55,849 nucleotides of DNA from a virus (lineage: Duplodnaviria > Caudoviricetes): the IMG/VR virus record IMGVR_UViG_3300001535_000005, positions 1-55,849 of that record, one strand, 5' to 3'. Below, one piece after another: positions 26,003-35,795 of this stretch; position 1 is the first letter of the stretch, and each line of letters opens with the position of its first letter. The notes below the pieces were generated by a model. That model saw only the letters and a list, made by a program, of their open reading frames with translations. It searched no databases and was not told where the DNA came from. Made by a program: the position numbers and the translations under genes.

Positions 26003-26335
26003 ATGCCAGCCAGCACTGAAGGCGTCACGATCACCCTGAACGGTTCGCCCCAGACGCTGCGGTTCGCCCTTGGCGCCGCCAAGAAGATCAACGGCTATTT
26101 CGGCGGCTATGTCGAAGCGATTCAGCGGATCAAGAAGTTCGATTTCGACGCCATCACCGCGGTTATCGCTGCCGGCCTCGGCAAGGAGATCAAGGACGTC
26201 GAGGACGCCGTGTTCAGCACCGGTATGGACTCACTATTCGAGGACGCGATTACATATCTGATATGGATGTCGGCTGGCGGCCGTGAGCCGAAGCCATGGA
26301 CGCCGGACACCAAGGCCGACTCGGGAAACGCTTAA
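26003..26335 (+). CDS. Tail assembly chaperone (G-like)
   Basis: Between tail tube and tape measure genes; ends at slippery GGGAAAC. Confidence 0.85.
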   Translation: MPASTEGVTITLNGSPQTLRFALGAAKKINGYFGGYVEAIQRIKKFDFDAITAVIAAGLGKEIKDVEDAVFSTGMDSLFEDAITYLIWMSAGGREPKPWTPDTKADSGNA

Positions 26336-26586
26336 GCCTGTCGGCTTACCTCGACAGGCTGCTCCAGATCGGAACTGGTATCATGAAGTGGACCGAGCGC
26401 GAGACGCTCGACACCACCATTTCCACGATCGAACTAGCGTATATTGGTCACATGGAAGAACTGCGCTGGATCCACGGGATCGCGCTGCTGCCAAGCCCCG
26501 AGCCAGAACCCACCAAGTCCCCGTCAGGTCAATCGATCTTTGCAGTAATTCGTGCTGCAGCGACGCCGCCGCCTGGTATGCGATAA
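26323..26586 (+). CDS. Tail assembly chaperone, -1 frameshift extension (GT-like)
   Basis: G GGA AAC at 26323..26329; -1 frame open to 26586. Confidence 0.75.
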   Translation, partial: GKRLSLSAYLDRLLQIGTGIMKWTERETLDTTISTIELAYIGHMEELRWIHGIALLPSPEPEPTKSPSGQSIFAVIRAAATPPPGMR

Positions 26587-26598
26587 GGAACCACCTGA

Positions 26599-29058
26599 AT
26601 GGCCGACATCGCAACGCTTGGTCTTGCCGTTGACAGTTCACAGGTCACCAAAGCAAAGGTTGCACTTGACGGCCTGACTGCTGCTGCCAAGCCGGCGGTT
26701 GTCGCGGTCGAGAACGTCGTCGACGCAGCCAAGGATGCCGGTAGCGCACTTGTTACGGTGTCCAAGGGTGGTAAGGACGCTGCGGTCGCAGTCGACGGGT
26801 TCGTCAAAGCCGTCAAGCCGGCATCAGTCGAAACCTCTGCACTCGACGCCGCCGCCCGCAAGGTCGTTACCACGATGCCCGCGGTGGCGAAGTCTATCAC
26901 TGACACGTCTGTTGCTGCTACCAAAGTCACCGCCACCGGGAAAACTGCGACTGAATCGGTCGTCGAGATGTCCGATGCGGTTGATGGCTTGGCAGTTGCC
27001 GCTCCGACTGCCGCAAAACATACCGACGATCTCGGGCATGCGCATGTCGGTTTGTCGTCGCAAGCCATGGCCGCACAGCATTCTATGCGTTCACTCGTGG
27101 AGGCAATGGCCAGTGGTCAGCCAATTAGTCAGGCGCTTGCGCAGCAGTTAAATCACCTGTCCTACGCGGCTACGGGTAGCGGCGGTCTGTCCGGTGCATT
27201 CAAATCCGCCGCCGGTTCGCTGCTTGGACTACTCAGTCCAACCGCACTGGTAATCACAGGACTCGCTGCGGTCGGCGCCGCCGGCTACCTGGCAATCTCG
27301 TCCGTCGCCAACATGGCAAAGCAGTTCGACGACACCAGTCGCGCCATCGGTATCACTTCGGACAAGCTGCATGGGTTGGAGCAGGCTGCCGCATTCAAGG
27401 GGATCGACACCGCCGATTTCCTGAAGGCCATGGAAAAACTTGGTGCGTCCGTCTACGACGCGCAGCACGGCATGGGGGAATTGGCGACCACGTTCCGAGC
27501 CAACAATGTCCATGCCAAGGACTTCAACGACTACTTGGGCAAGGCTGCGGATCTGATCAAGAACGCCAGCAGTGACCAGCAGCGGCTGCAGATCCTGCAA
27601 TCGATGGGTCTACCTGCGACGATGCAGTGGGTCCGCTACCTCTCGCAAGGCAGCGAGGGGATCAAGAAGGCAACCGAGGAAGCTATCAAGTTTGGCAACT
27701 CCGCTGAAGGTCAAATGGTCGCCAAGGCGCGCGCGTTCGATGAAGCGTGGGATACCGGCTGGAAGAAATTCAAGTCTGGCGCGCAGAGCGCCATCGTGGA
27801 CATCGCGGGTTGGCTCGACGGGTTGAGCAGCAAGGGCACCTCGCTGCTCATGATGCTCCCCGGCATCGGCAAGAATGTGCCAACGAACATCCTGCGTAAT
27901 GCGATCGCCGATGGCAACGGCAGTAAACTCACCGCCAGTTCCAACATTGACGACTTCTATAAGGGGACCGGGGCGGGTCAGGAATCCGCCGGCAAAAAGA
28001 CCATCGACCCCGCCGTTCTGCAGCATCAGATCAGTCTCGAACAGCAGCATCTGGGGCTGCTCGGACAGACCGCGACCGCGCAGGACGCAGTGCGCGCCGT
28101 CGAGTTGCAGGTGCAGGCTGCCCGCCTCAGCGGGGTCAGCATCACCAATGCGCAGGTTGCCGCGCTGAAGCGGCTGGCATCTGAGAACGCGCTGGGTATT
28201 ACCCAGATCAAAGCCAGCACCGACGCTATGCGAGTTGAAGCCGATACAATTGGCATGTCGGTCGGTCAGGCCGCGTCCTACGCCGCCGCGCAGAACGCCA
28301 TCAACGACGCTCGGCGCAACGGTCGCACCCTAACGCCTGAGAATGTCGCGCAGATCAAGGCCGAAGCGTCTGCGCTCGGTCAGGCCGCGCAAAATGCCGA
28401 CACCATGAAATTTGCGTTTGAGGGGCTGGTCCGCGGCCCGATGCAGACGTTCCAGCAGCAGATCGCCAACGGCGCGACGTTCTTTGACGCGCTCAAGGCG
28501 TCCGGGGTGTCCGCCCTCAATGCACTGTCATCCAAACTGATGGACATGGCCGCGCAGAACCTGTGGAAGAACGCGCTTGGTGGGTCAAGTGGTGGCGGGC
28601 TGCTCTCATTACTGGGACTCGGTGGCGACACCAGCGGCGCGCTGAATGCCAACGGATCAATATCCGGTGCTGTAGGCGGCACATCAGTCGGCGGCGCTCC
28701 GCTGATCGGCGCCAACGCGGCCGGTACGGACAACTGGCAAGGTGGTCTGACCCGTGTCAACGAGCAGGGCGGCGAGATCATGAATCTGCCAGGCGGGACG
28801 CAGATCATCCCGCATGACGTTTCGATGGCCATGGCCAACCGCGTCGCGGCGCCGGCCGGCGGCTCGGGCGGTGGCGGCACCACGGCGGTCAAGGTCGACG
28901 TTGGTGTGTCGATCGATCAGGACGGCAACCTGCAAGCCTACGTCAAGAATATGTCGCAGAAGGCGGCAAGCGACACGCTGACCGGGTTCGTCAAGTCCCC
29001 GGCGTTCGTGGATAATGTCGGCGCGGCGAGCCGCAAAGCATCAGGGCAACGCAAATGA
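26599..29058 (+). CDS. Tape measure protein
   Basis: MADIATLGLAVDS start; Ala-rich 819 aa; C-terminal AAGT..W.GG...VNE.G.E motif. Confidence 0.92.
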   Translation: MADIATLGLAVDSSQVTKAKVALDGLTAAAKPAVVAVENVVDAAKDAGSALVTVSKGGKDAAVAVDGFVKAVKPASVETSALDAAARKVVTTMPAVAKSITDTSVAATKVTATGKTATESVVEMSDAVDGLAVAAPTAAKHTDDLGHAHVGLSSQAMAAQHSMRSLVEAMASGQPISQALAQQLNHLSYAATGSGGLSGAFKSAAGSLLGLLSPTALVITGLAAVGAAGYLAISSVANMAKQFDDTSRAIGITSDKLHGLEQAAAFKGIDTADFLKAMEKLGASVYDAQHGMGELATTFRANNVHAKDFNDYLGKAADLIKNASSDQQRLQILQSMGLPATMQWVRYLSQGSEGIKKATEEAIKFGNSAEGQMVAKARAFDEAWDTGWKKFKSGAQSAIVDIAGWLDGLSSKGTSLLMMLPGIGKNVPTNILRNAIADGNGSKLTASSNIDDFYKGTGAGQESAGKKTIDPAVLQHQISLEQQHLGLLGQTATAQDAVRAVELQVQAARLSGVSITNAQVAALKRLASENALGITQIKASTDAMRVEADTIGMSVGQAASYAAAQNAINDARRNGRTLTPENVAQIKAEASALGQAAQNADTMKFAFEGLVRGPMQTFQQQIANGATFFDALKASGVSALNALSSKLMDMAAQNLWKNALGGSSGGGLLSLLGLGGDTSGALNANGSISGAVGGTSVGGAPLIGANAAGTDNWQGGLTRVNEQGGEIMNLPGGTQIIPHDVSMAMANRVAAPAGGSGGGGTTAVKVDVGVSIDQDGNLQAYVKNMSQKAASDTLTGFVKSPAFVDNVGAASRKASGQRK

Positions 29059-29696
29059 CCATCACCTATCCCCGCACCGACATCATGACAGCGGTCGACT
29101 TCTCCGCCGACACTGCGCCGTTGCAGATGCTGCAGCGGCAGGAGTTGAGCCGTACCGCCTACGGGCGGTCGATCGGCAAGTCGCTGGGGTCACAAATCTG
29201 GACTGGCGACTTCACCACGGTCCCGTTGCCAAATGCCGATGCGTTGGTGTTTGAAGCCATGATGAATAGCCTCGACGGCGTCACCAACCTGTTCGAGGCT
29301 GGCGACATGCGCGCAGCGGCGCAGTACCCCCGTGCCTACCCGACCGGCGCGTTTGGCGACACCGGTGTGATCGCGTCAGTCAACGCCAACAACAAGGCGC
29401 TGGCGCTGTCGGGGCTGGACGCCGGGATGCAGCTTTCAGTCGGCTGCTATCTATCATTCGACTACACCGGCGGCCGGGCGCTGCACCAGGTCATGGAAGC
29501 AGTCACCGCCAACGGCTCGGGAACGACCGCGCAGTTCGAGGTGCGTCCGTTCATCCGGCCGGGCTGGACCGCAGGCGCCGCAGTGCGCCTGAAGCAACCG
29601 CGCGGGTTGTTCTGCCTACAGCCGGGATCGCTGGTGTCCAAGATGAACGACAACACGTCCTCGATTGTGACGTTCAAGGTCGTGCAGGCGGTGTGA
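29055..29696 (+). CDS. Distal tail protein
   Basis: Follows the tape measure gene; FEVRPFIRPG. Confidence 0.75.
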   Translation: MTITYPRTDIMTAVDFSADTAPLQMLQRQELSRTAYGRSIGKSLGSQIWTGDFTTVPLPNADALVFEAMMNSLDGVTNLFEAGDMRAAAQYPRAYPTGAFGDTGVIASVNANNKALALSGLDAGMQLSVGCYLSFDYTGGRALHQVMEAVTANGSGTTAQFEVRPFIRPGWTAGAAVRLKQPRGLFCLQPGSLVSKMNDNTSSIVTFKVVQAV

Positions 29697-29697
29697 C

Positions 29698-29766
29698 GCC
29701 AATTGCAAGCATAATTGCGGCAAGTTGACATTCGGGGTCACCTGTGGCATGTTCGGTCTAGGCGTG
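29698..29766 (+). promoter_or_regulatory. Degenerate dyad operator plus putative late promoter 2
   Basis: GCATAATTGCGG..GTTGACA-N17-CATGTT..TAGGCGTG, as at 15365..15433. Confidence 0.65.
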
Positions 29767-29808
29767 AATTAGCCCCTACATTGTTCGGACGCGCGAGGTC
29801 ATATTAGC

Positions 29809-30486
29809 ATGACCCGCACAGTTTCGTCCGAAGTCTACACCGCTCTGCAGGCTCGCAGTCTCGAACTGCGCGATTTCTTGTGGTTGCAGGTCAAGGACCG
29901 CACCACGGGAGCCGCCGTGACGGACGGCTACTGGTCAGACGTCGGGCAAACGACCGTCGACGTGATCGACCCCGAGACCGGCGGCTCCACCAGCCGCACG
30001 TTCTTCGGCGCCGGGTCGCTGATTCAGATTTCCGACATTCCACTGGTCTCGAACCTGACCGTCCAGAACGTCACGATCACACTGGCGCAGTGCGCCGACC
30101 GGGTCAACGATCTGGTCCGCACCTATGAGTGCAAGCAGGGTAAGGTCCAGATTTTCCGCGGTATTTATGACTCCGCGACGCAGACCCTGGTCGCGCCCGC
30201 GCCGCCGCGCTTCGTCGGGTTCATCGATGACATCGATATCCTGACGCCGAAAGAAGATGAGGACGGCTCGGTCACGCTGACCTGCATTTCCCATACGCAG
30301 GAAATGACCCGCGCTAACTCGGACACTCGGTCGGACGCCAGCCAGAAGGTCCGCGCGGCTGGCGATGACTTCTACGCCGACACCACGGTGGTCGGCGGGT
30401 GGCAGTTCTTTTGGGGTAAGGCATCGGGCACGGCGACAGGTGACAAGGCGACCCTCGCAGACGGCCGAGCGGCAGCATTCGGATGA
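29809..30486 (+). CDS. Tail tip/hub protein
   Basis: RFVGFID and RSDASQ..R..GD.F motifs; synteny. Confidence 0.75.
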   Translation: MTRTVSSEVYTALQARSLELRDFLWLQVKDRTTGAAVTDGYWSDVGQTTVDVIDPETGGSTSRTFFGAGSLIQISDIPLVSNLTVQNVTITLAQCADRVNDLVRTYECKQGKVQIFRGIYDSATQTLVAPAPPRFVGFIDDIDILTPKEDEDGSVTLTCISHTQEMTRANSDTRSDASQKVRAAGDDFYADTTVVGGWQFFWGKASGTATGDKATLADGRAAAFG

Positions 30487-30941
30487 TCCGCCCCGCCATG
30501 CGCGCAGATCGTGGACACGTTATCCGGCTGCTGAAGGATTCGCGGGCTGGTGCTGGCTTCGACAGCCCAGATGGTCCGACCGGATTCGTTTTTCCATTTG
30601 ACCCTGTATATGCCGAACGCCTGTTCCTTTCCCATTTCTCGCCGCGGCGCCTGTGCCTGGTCAACGACATTGACGGTACGCCGCAAGGCATCCTGATGGC
30701 GGCGGCATTCGAACACCCATTCGGCCCTGTGTGGCTGGCCAATGAGACGGTATGGTGGATTGACCCGGCGCACCGTGGCAGCGCTGCCGTCCGGATGCTG
30801 GACGCCTATGAGACGTGGGCCGGCGCAGAGGGATGCGCGTTCGCTGGGATGGCAGGTATGGGCGCAGATCCCATCGTCGCCAAGCTCTATGAGCGCCGGG
30901 GTTACCGGGTCGCTGAAACGCATTTTCTGAAGGCGCTTTAG
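30483..30941 (+). CDS. GNAT-family acetyltransferase
   Basis: MIRPA, WWIDPAHRG and LYERRGY motifs. Confidence 0.85.
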   Translation: MIRPAMRADRGHVIRLLKDSRAGAGFDSPDGPTGFVFPFDPVYAERLFLSHFSPRRLCLVNDIDGTPQGILMAAAFEHPFGPVWLANETVWWIDPAHRGSAAVRMLDAYETWAGAEGCAFAGMAGMGADPIVAKLYERRGYRVAETHFLKAL

Positions 30942-30944
30942 CAC

Positions 30945-33893
30945 ATGGCAATTTTTACGGCCATCGCCGCAGCCATTGGGCTGACCGGCTTCTTTGCCAG
31001 TGCATTTGTCACCGTCGCCAGTATCGCCACGTCGATCGGCCTGTCCTACGCCGCCAAGGCGCTGTCTGGCAATCAGACCCAATCCGACGCCGCCACGGCC
31101 GACCACTTCTCGCTACAAGGCACGCTACAGGCTGGCGGCGACGTCGCGCGCTCGTTCAACCTCGGCTACAGCGCCACGGCGGGGTCGCTGGTCTATGCCA
31201 ACACATGGGGCAATAACGGCGAGACGCCGAACGCGTATTTCACGCAGGTCATTGCGCTGGCGGATATGCCCGGCGGCACTCTGCTGGAAGTCTGGGTCAA
31301 CGGCGAACTGTGTACGCTCGGTCCGACTCCCGACGCGGACCTTGGCTATCCCGTCACCCAATATGCCAAGGATGGCAAAGACCATCTTTGGGTCACATTC
31401 TACGACGGCAGCCAGACCGCCGCCGATGCGTTCCTGATCGCCAAGGTAGCCAGCGCAGAACGCCCCTGGGGCAGCACCCGCATCGGTACCGGTATCACCT
31501 ACGCGATCTGCACGGCACTGGTCGAGGACACGCTGTTCACCGGCTTTCCGACCTACAAGTTCGCGCTGTCCGGCCTGCCGCTCTACGACATTTCCAAGGA
31601 TTCGACCGCTGGCGGCTCGGGATCTCATCGCTGGTCAGACCCGACGACATGGGGCGGTGACGGCGATAACCTGCCAGTTGTGCAGATTTACAACTTGCTG
31701 CGCGGTGTCAGCTACAACGGACAGTGGCTTTATGGCCTGCAAAGCATGTCGGCCTCGCGGCTGCCGTCGACGAACTGGATTGCCCAGATCGCGAAGTGCC
31801 GCGCTACGATCACTGGCGAGTCCGGTCTTGAGCCGACATATCGCTCCGGCGGCCAGATCAACGTCAATGCACAGACCGCGAACGCCATCGAGGCGTTGCT
31901 GACCGCCTGCCAAGGGCGCCTGTCGGAAATCGGCGGCTTCTACAAGATCCATGTCGGCGCTCCGGATAGCCCGACGTTCTCGTGGACCGATGCCGATCTG
32001 CTGTCGACAGAGCAGCAGACCTACAAGCCATTCTTCGCGCTGGCTGACAGTATCAATGGCATCACCGCGACATATCCCTACCCGGCAGAGGGCTGGAATT
32101 CCAAGGTCGCGCCACCATATAAGCGCGACGACCTGGTTGCACGGGATGGTGGACGAGTCCTGCTGGCCAACCCGTCCTTCGACATGGTGCCGTATAGCGC
32201 GCAAGTCCAGCGTCTGATGCGCTCGGCGCTTGATGAGGCACAGCGCGCCCGCACGCATATTCTACCGTTCCCGCCGGAATTCTGGATTGCCGAGCCTGGC
32301 GATATCGGTTCGTGGACATCGGTCCGCAATGGCTACGTGGACAAGTCGTTCCGCGTCGATGCGATCACGGACAAATACAACCTCGACGTCATCATGCACG
32401 TCACTGAGGTCGATCCAGCCGACTACGACTGGAACCATACTACTGACTTCCAAGGGTTCCCGACCGGGCCGACCGTGTTTCCGCGCCCATCGCCGCAGGG
32501 TATCGTCGATTGGTTTGCCGAGCCATATACGATCAAGGATGCAGACGGCGGAAACCGTAGGCCAGCTATCCGGCTGTCGTGGGATGGCACAATGCCCGGC
32601 GTGTCCGGCGTTGCATTTGCCGTGCGCAACAAGTCTGACCAGGTGGTGGTTCACCGCGGGCGGACTGACTACCTTTCGGCCGGTGCAATCATCATTTCGC
32701 AGAACCTGCTGCCAGGGTTCCAATACCAGGCACAGGGTCAGTACATCCCCTCATGGCCGCGCGACGTGCTGCCGTCTGACTGGCTGGACGTCACCACGCC
32801 AGACGTGCGGCTCTCCTATGAGGATTTCGACTCTGCCGTCAAAAAGCAGGTTACGGAGATCACGGATTACCTGAACGACAAGATCGACGCGGGTCTCGAA
32901 CAGATGTCCGCGCTTGTCTCACAGGTCACCGCACGAACTGACATCAATAAGAAGGAAGTCCGGACCCAGCTTTACGCAACTGCCGGTACGGCGCGGGCTG
33001 ATATCGAGGAAGTCCGAACCGTTGCGGTCAGCACGCAGGATGCACTTGCTGCGTACGAAATCACAGTCTCCGCGTCGTTCGGAACGGTAAACTCCAGCAT
33101 CACCGCCAACTCGAACGCAATCGCCACGCTCGATGGCTACGCCGCTGCGGCCTATGGCGTAACACTCGATGTCAATGGCTACGCGACCGGATTCCAGCTT
33201 TTCAACGGTGGGTCTAGCGTTTCAAGCTTTACTGTCACCGTAGATAAATTTCAGGTCTCGGCGCCTGGGGTTGCCGGAGGCGCCGCAGTGCCGATCTTCA
33301 CTGTGGCGAATGTCAACGGTGTGGCGAAGGTTGCCCTTCGTGGTGATATGTATGTGGATGGCTCAATCACTACACAGACGATCGCTGCCGGCGCCATCAC
33401 GACTATCAAACTGGACGCGCAGGCCGTCACTGCTGCCAAAATTCAAGCAGGATCAATCACGTCCGATAGCGGTGTGATCGGTGCGCTCAGCGTCAAGTCG
33501 CTGAGTATCGGGGATAATGCCGTCACTGTTACGCGAGTCCAAACGACGTCTACTGAATTATCAGGAGATGTCAGCACCATAAACGTCAGCGTAGATACAA
33601 CGGGGCTGGCCGGTAAGACAGTTACCGTGCTCGCTACCTTGTGCGCGAGCATCATTGAAAGAGCAGATGGTGGCGGGTTCTATGCTGATACTGGCACTCT
33701 GAAAATAAATGGCGGTACCGTTATGTCCTTAGCCAGTGTTGTTCCTACAGCAGGGATGAACCTATCTGGTGCTTACGATTATGTCGCATCGGGTGGCATC
33801 GACACAATAACGGTCGTGTTCAATTTTAACGGAGGATCCGGAAACAGTACGATCAGCAAGAGTGTGCTTGCCGTGAATGTTGTGAAGCGATGA
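30945..33893 (+). CDS. Central tail fibre / host-specificity protein (J-like, DUF1983-like C-terminal part)
   Basis: 982 aa; YRSGG, EPGD, coiled coil, VTLDVNGY and DGSIT repeats. Confidence 0.88.
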   Translation: MAIFTAIAAAIGLTGFFASAFVTVASIATSIGLSYAAKALSGNQTQSDAATADHFSLQGTLQAGGDVARSFNLGYSATAGSLVYANTWGNNGETPNAYFTQVIALADMPGGTLLEVWVNGELCTLGPTPDADLGYPVTQYAKDGKDHLWVTFYDGSQTAADAFLIAKVASAERPWGSTRIGTGITYAICTALVEDTLFTGFPTYKFALSGLPLYDISKDSTAGGSGSHRWSDPTTWGGDGDNLPVVQIYNLLRGVSYNGQWLYGLQSMSASRLPSTNWIAQIAKCRATITGESGLEPTYRSGGQINVNAQTANAIEALLTACQGRLSEIGGFYKIHVGAPDSPTFSWTDADLLSTEQQTYKPFFALADSINGITATYPYPAEGWNSKVAPPYKRDDLVARDGGRVLLANPSFDMVPYSAQVQRLMRSALDEAQRARTHILPFPPEFWIAEPGDIGSWTSVRNGYVDKSFRVDAITDKYNLDVIMHVTEVDPADYDWNHTTDFQGFPTGPTVFPRPSPQGIVDWFAEPYTIKDADGGNRRPAIRLSWDGTMPGVSGVAFAVRNKSDQVVVHRGRTDYLSAGAIIISQNLLPGFQYQAQGQYIPSWPRDVLPSDWLDVTTPDVRLSYEDFDSAVKKQVTEITDYLNDKIDAGLEQMSALVSQVTARTDINKKEVRTQLYATAGTARADIEEVRTVAVSTQDALAAYEITVSASFGTVNSSITANSNAIATLDGYAAAAYGVTLDVNGYATGFQLFNGGSSVSSFTVTVDKFQVSAPGVAGGAAVPIFTVANVNGVAKVALRGDMYVDGSITTQTIAAGAITTIKLDAQAVTAAKIQAGSITSDSGVIGALSVKSLSIGDNAVTVTRVQTTSTELSGDVSTINVSVDTTGLAGKTVTVLATLCASIIERADGGGFYADTGTLKINGGTVMSLASVVPTAGMNLSGAYDYVASGGIDTITVVFNFNGGSGNSTISKSVLAVNVVKR

Positions 33894-34333
33894 TATACCA
33901 CATTCAATATTCAGCAGATACTGGATACATCGGAGTTAGCGACAACGGTGATTTTCCGGTGGTCATTCCAGGTTTATTGCTGATCAGCCGCGAGATGGAC
34001 GCTCCTCCGGATCATGAAACCGACAAGGTTGATCTGACTACTCTTGAGATTGTCAGGAAATCTCCGGATGAAGTGCGCCATGCGCGTATCCCTTCCGATG
34101 GAGAAGTGCAGTCCGTCATTGGAATAGAACTTTGGAATACGGACGGGATTATTTCCGCTGGGGATAGGCCGCCTCCAAAAGGTACCACGCGCGAAGCGTG
34201 GATCACCTACCGCCAGGTGCTGCGCGATCTCTCCAAGCAGGGACTGACACCCGCTGAAATGGTCGCCGCGTGGCCGTTTCGCCCGAACGGCGCCGACGCA
34301 ATCCCGCACCTTCGCTCCAGACTGCAGGACTAA
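33890..34333 (+). CDS. Tail fibre assembly chaperone-like protein
   Basis: AWITYRQVLRDL...WP.RP motif. Confidence 0.7.
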   Translation: MIYHIQYSADTGYIGVSDNGDFPVVIPGLLLISREMDAPPDHETDKVDLTTLEIVRKSPDEVRHARIPSDGEVQSVIGIELWNTDGIISAGDRPPPKGTTREAWITYRQVLRDLSKQGLTPAEMVAAWPFRPNGADAIPHLRSRLQD

Positions 34334-34336
34334 TTC

Positions 34337-35287
34337 ATGGCTCTTCCGACATACTCAACCGGCACAGTCTCTGTGTCGGACGGCGACACCGTGATTGTCG
34401 GTATTGGCACGATCTGGTCAGGCACTAACGCTAAAGCAGGCGATACGATCTACGTCAACGATGTGTACCCCGGCATTGAGATCACGGACGTAACGGACGT
34501 CACGCATCTCTCCATACCAGAGCCGTGGAGCGGCGGCGCGAAGGTATCCGTACCCTACAAGATCGTGCAGAACTTTCCGGCGCGCGTTCTTGGCGTGGAG
34601 GCGGCCAAGGATGTCTCAACGCTCGTGGCCGCGCTGAACAAAGAAGGTTTCTTCTGGTTCGTCGGCCCCGATGAACTGGTCCCGGACCCGTCGCGCGGCG
34701 ATGAGGGCCAGTATGCGCGACAGCCGTCGACCGGCAAGCAGTGGTACAAGTCGGGCGGCCTGTGGGTCTATGAGGGCATCAGCGGTGCTGTCACGTTCGA
34801 TGCCACGCCTTATAGCGCTGCAACGACCTACGGCGCCCAGACGCTCGTGTCATTCGGCGGGAAACTCTATCTGTCGCTTCAAGCTGGGAATCTCAATCAC
34901 CTGCCGTCGACTAGTCCGACATGGTGGTCGCAGATTATCGCGGGCGGTGACACGGTCTATCTGGCGATGGACGACAGCGACCGCCCCGATACCGGGGAGA
35001 CGGTCCTCAAGTGGATCTGTCCGGAGACGACAACCTTTTATGCGGGGCTCGCCGCTAGCTATGCGCATGCGACCGTCGCATCGACCGCCAGTGCCGTCTA
35101 TTCGGTCAAGAAGAACGGCACCCAGTTCGCGACCATCACATTCGCTATTGGTGTGAATTCCGCGACGCTCGCCTGCGCATCTGATACGACGCTGTCGCCG
35201 CCGAGCGACATCCTCACAATCATTGCGCCTAATCCGCGCGACGCAACGCTGTCCGGTATCGCTATCACGCTGACCGGCTACCGCTAA
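34337..35287 (+). CDS. Tail fibre/adaptor protein with carbohydrate-binding-like module
   Basis: YSTGTVSV N-terminus; YSAATTY...VSFGGKLY...P...WW. Confidence 0.7.
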   Translation: MALPTYSTGTVSVSDGDTVIVGIGTIWSGTNAKAGDTIYVNDVYPGIEITDVTDVTHLSIPEPWSGGAKVSVPYKIVQNFPARVLGVEAAKDVSTLVAALNKEGFFWFVGPDELVPDPSRGDEGQYARQPSTGKQWYKSGGLWVYEGISGAVTFDATPYSAATTYGAQTLVSFGGKLYLSLQAGNLNHLPSTSPTWWSQIIAGGDTVYLAMDDSDRPDTGETVLKWICPETTTFYAGLAASYAHATVASTASAVYSVKKNGTQFATITFAIGVNSATLACASDTTLSPPSDILTIIAPNPRDATLSGIAITLTGYR

Positions 35288-35346
35288 GTCTCCATCGAAC
35301 GCCAATCCCCTGAACTGACACCGCTCTTGCACGGAAGGACTCCCCT

Positions 35347-35778
35347 ATGGCCGTCACCATGACGCTCTACGACCACACAGTCAAACTTGCTGCAAACCTG
35401 GAAATTACCTTCGCCACGCTCAAGGTGAAACTGCTGGATGCAACTGCGACCTTCACCGCATCGCAGACGACCGTCGCAGCAGTTGATAGCTCCGGCGCCA
35501 AGGAAGTCTCTGGCAACGGCTGGATTTTAGGAGGCATTCTGCTCACCAGCGTCGCGGTGACGCAGGTCACGACGAACGACGCTATGCTCGATGCTGCCGA
35601 TGTTTCGGTCACGGCATCCGGCGGATCGATCGGCCCGGCCTATGCGGCACTGGTCTACGACAGCACTAGCAATAAGCCGCTGATCTACATCGACTTCGGC
35701 CAGGCGCAGTCGGCCGGTGCTACCACGGACTTCAAGATCGTATGGGACGCGACCGGCCTCATCAAGTGGTCCTACTAA
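35347..35778 (+). CDS. Minor tail/fibre protein
   Basis: KVKLL, EVSGNG and LIYIDFG motifs. Confidence 0.7.
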   Translation: MAVTMTLYDHTVKLAANLEITFATLKVKLLDATATFTASQTTVAAVDSSGAKEVSGNGWILGGILLTSVAVTQVTTNDAMLDAADVSVTASGGSIGPAYAALVYDSTSNKPLIYIDFGQAQSAGATTDFKIVWDATGLIKWSY

Positions 35779-35795
35779 TCGCGAGGTAGGGCGTC

